From the NCBI GenBank assembly GCA_049999805.1, contig JBNGIO010006248.1, positions 107,304-127,303 of the forward strand: a DNA stretch of 20,000 bases, in the 5' to 3' direction. Under the pieces are notes generated by a model. It did not search any database and had not been told where the DNA came from. It saw nothing but the letters and a program-made list of their open reading frames with translations. How positions within the stretch are numbered: position 1 is the first letter of the stretch; each line of letters opens with the position of its first letter. The stretch is from Folioceros fuciformis (Eukaryota). Both the position numbers and the translations under genes were made by a program. Positions 17,628 through 20,000 of this stretch are shown here, in pieces.

Positions 17628-18455
17628 TCAGCAGGCTGGAAGATCCCTCCCCTTCAACAACATTCTGCACCATGTGCCGTCGCCGGTTCCAGAATTGTGC
17701 CTCTCTTCCTTGAAGGGAAGCCTATTGGAAAGAATCTCACAAGTGCCGAGCCCCAAAACGACATGTCATGCAACCTTATTTTCCTCAGCCATCAGGTGCC
17801 ACGATGAGCAACATACGTCCGCCAGGACCAAAGAGCAACACCAGTACTTGCTGCACACCTGCAAAATGCGGCGGACGTGAAGATGGACTTTTGACAGCTT
17901 GGCCGCAAAGGATGTGGTGACATTGGGGTCCCTGATGGCCGGGTAGGCAAATCACGGGCTTGAGCCGCATCAGCTGTGCTAGCTGGCTGTTTGCAACTTG
18001 CTTTACAGATCATGGCTCTAGTGGTCGCAGCTTGCATTTGCCAGCTTTGATTTGTGCCTTCAGCCTGTTGATGTCGACGTGTGTGCACGATTGGTGAATG
18101 GCAGCAGTGACAACTGACCATGATGAGAAATGTGTGTTGAGTCGGGCTCGGTACGCACAGATGATGAAGCGAGCAGGCTTTCAGGTAGGAGACGCAGAGT
18201 CCGAGCTGGTGATGCCCATGCCAAGAAATCTGTGTTTGAAACCGGTAATCCCAAGGACCAGATCAACTGGTGAGCGGGGAGCACTGAGTGGCCGGATCCG
18301 GAGCCCGTGAGTCATCTCGTGGGATGTACCAGTGGACATCTCGGTGTGAGACGCCTCGACTTGGCTGGCGGTGTTTCCATGCGTAGTTCGGCGGAAGAGC
18401 GCATTTCATGGACACTGAGGCGGACGACGCTGTGATCATCCGAGCTCGGTGCCAT
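17628..18455 (-). CDS. Hypothetical four-exon gene (177 aa), no recognised domain
   Basis: Hand-built model with exons 18455-18330, 18266-18159, 18064-17859 and 17721-17628. GT-AG introns of 63, 94 and 137 nt keep the frame. Region is GC/CpG-rich like neighbouring genes. No homology evidence. Confidence 0.2.
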
Positions 18456-19292
18456 TGTGCGGAGGTGAGGAACAAATGCTGAAACGCCTGCCCTGGCTAT
18501 GTCTTCAAACGGACGCTTGTGGGGTGGACTTCGGGGTGGATTGTGAGTTGTCTGCAGTTAATCTTCTGCCGATCTGCACTACTCGAAACACAGGGCAAAA
18601 TATGTTGCTGCAATATGTACTCTGAAAAACACATATCTGTCGATGCCCCGTAGAACGGAGACATAGGGGACTTTCTTTTTCTTTTATCTTAGAGGGTATC
18701 TTTGCAAATAATCTATATTTTTAACTGCTTTGATAGCTGTATGCTCGGGACCCCTCCCATAAGCAGCCATTAGCACCAAAGAGCACAAGTTAAATATCTT
18801 TACAAAGTTCTGAATTCAGTTTCCGAGTTTCTGAGTTTCCGAGGGGCATAGGAGCGGTGCCAAGGGCTCGCACCATTCATGCGCACTATTTCACTATTTG
18901 TGTGTTCCACATACATGTTCATATACTTGGATTGTATAGTGATACAGTGACAAGTGATCGTGGCTGCTGCCACAACATGTATTGCGAGGAAGGGCCAAGC
19001 AATAGGTATTGTGGTGACGGATGCAACTGAATATTGTGCTTCAAATTATAGGTGATTAATACATATTTTATATGATATTTTTTCATTATTTTCTATTATT
19101 GCAAAAGAGATAAAAAGTCTCATCTACTCAAAAGATAAGAGGAACAACCCGAGTAGAGCCAAACGCCAATAAGGTACTAGCCCCTTCAAATATCATACCT
19201 AAAAACTACCTATGGTTCTCAAAACATCGTAATGAGAAATAACGAAAGGCGTACCTACTAATGGGTTTGATATGATCTTTCATACATCATGG

Positions 19293-19375
19293 ATCTTGAG
19301 ATACCCTTCACAGGTGAGTTCAGATCTTGAATCTTGAGACACATTTCACGGTTTGAGTTCCAATCTTGGATCTTA
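19293..19375. repeat. Degenerate 38-39 bp tandem duplication in an AT-rich region
   Basis: ATCTTGAGATACCCTTCACAGGTGAGTTCAGATCTTGA followed by ATCTTGAGACACATTTCACGGTTTGAGTTCCAATCTTGG. Confidence 0.7.
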
Positions 19376-20000
19376 AAATGGACATATTGGTACTTCCACT
19401 CTAAATCACTAAATTTGTTAGCCTTTGCAAAGGTCACAATGATAAAGTAAAAAATCAAAGATATTAATCTCATTACTCATCCTTCTATTGTATCAACTAT
19501 GAACAGCTATGCTGCACAATATGCTCAAATATGCATACTTTATGTGAGCATGTGAAGCTCTTTTTCTTAAATAGATATAGTATAAGTGTTCAAACAAAGG
19601 ATCTCCAAGCTTTGTAAATATATACATATGGTATAAAAAATAATTACACGACAAGAAAGCATACATTAGTAAATAAGTCGTTACACCCTTGAGCACTCAC
19701 ACAACATTGTCCAAGATCTTGGGGTGCAATGGAAATAATATATAAGATTGAAAATTTTTGTAACTTAAAATATTGTATCAAATTTCTGAAGGATCATTGA
19801 GTAACATGCCAGTAATCCACAAGTCTTTCTTGGCCAATGCTCACGACAAATGTAGGCGCTCAACTCTAATTTACTATGCTCTTGATATATAATACATTTG
19901 ATGCTAACTATTCACAAGTGAAACTACTATATAATGAAATATGGCTTATTGGTTTTGTCATTCTTAAAAGTGAAGACACATTTCATTCACATGAAGAATC

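Overview
Compact, intron-containing nuclear DNA from a seed-free land plant. A hornwort is the best guess, inferred from the WW-type PG box and long LL motifs of the PPR gene and from the ~80-180 bp introns. Well-supported genes: a 5'-open TMEM70-family gene (1-522,+), an intronless coiled-coil protein with an atypical C-terminal RING (841-2514,-), a 1093-aa PLS-class PPR RNA-editing factor that stops just after a WW-type PG box and has no deaminase domain (7225-10506,+), a two-exon LYRM9-like gene (11031-11452,+) and a 13-exon AKT-type Shaker K+ channel (13213-17188,+). The 2.76-7.0 kb interval is mostly CpG-poor and repeat-rich. It holds several minisatellites (42, 42, 78, 41, 52, 45 and 22 bp units) and a ~1.4 kb non-autonomous TIR element (5561-6973) with a flanking duplication, whose CpG-rich right end lies just upstream of the PPR gene. 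Two GC-rich intervals (11.5-12.6 kb and 17.6-18.5 kb) may hide unrecognised spliced minus-strand genes. I cannot show a wholly new biological system from sequence alone. The best leads are the deaminase-less WW-type PPR, the orphan RING gene and the TIR element.
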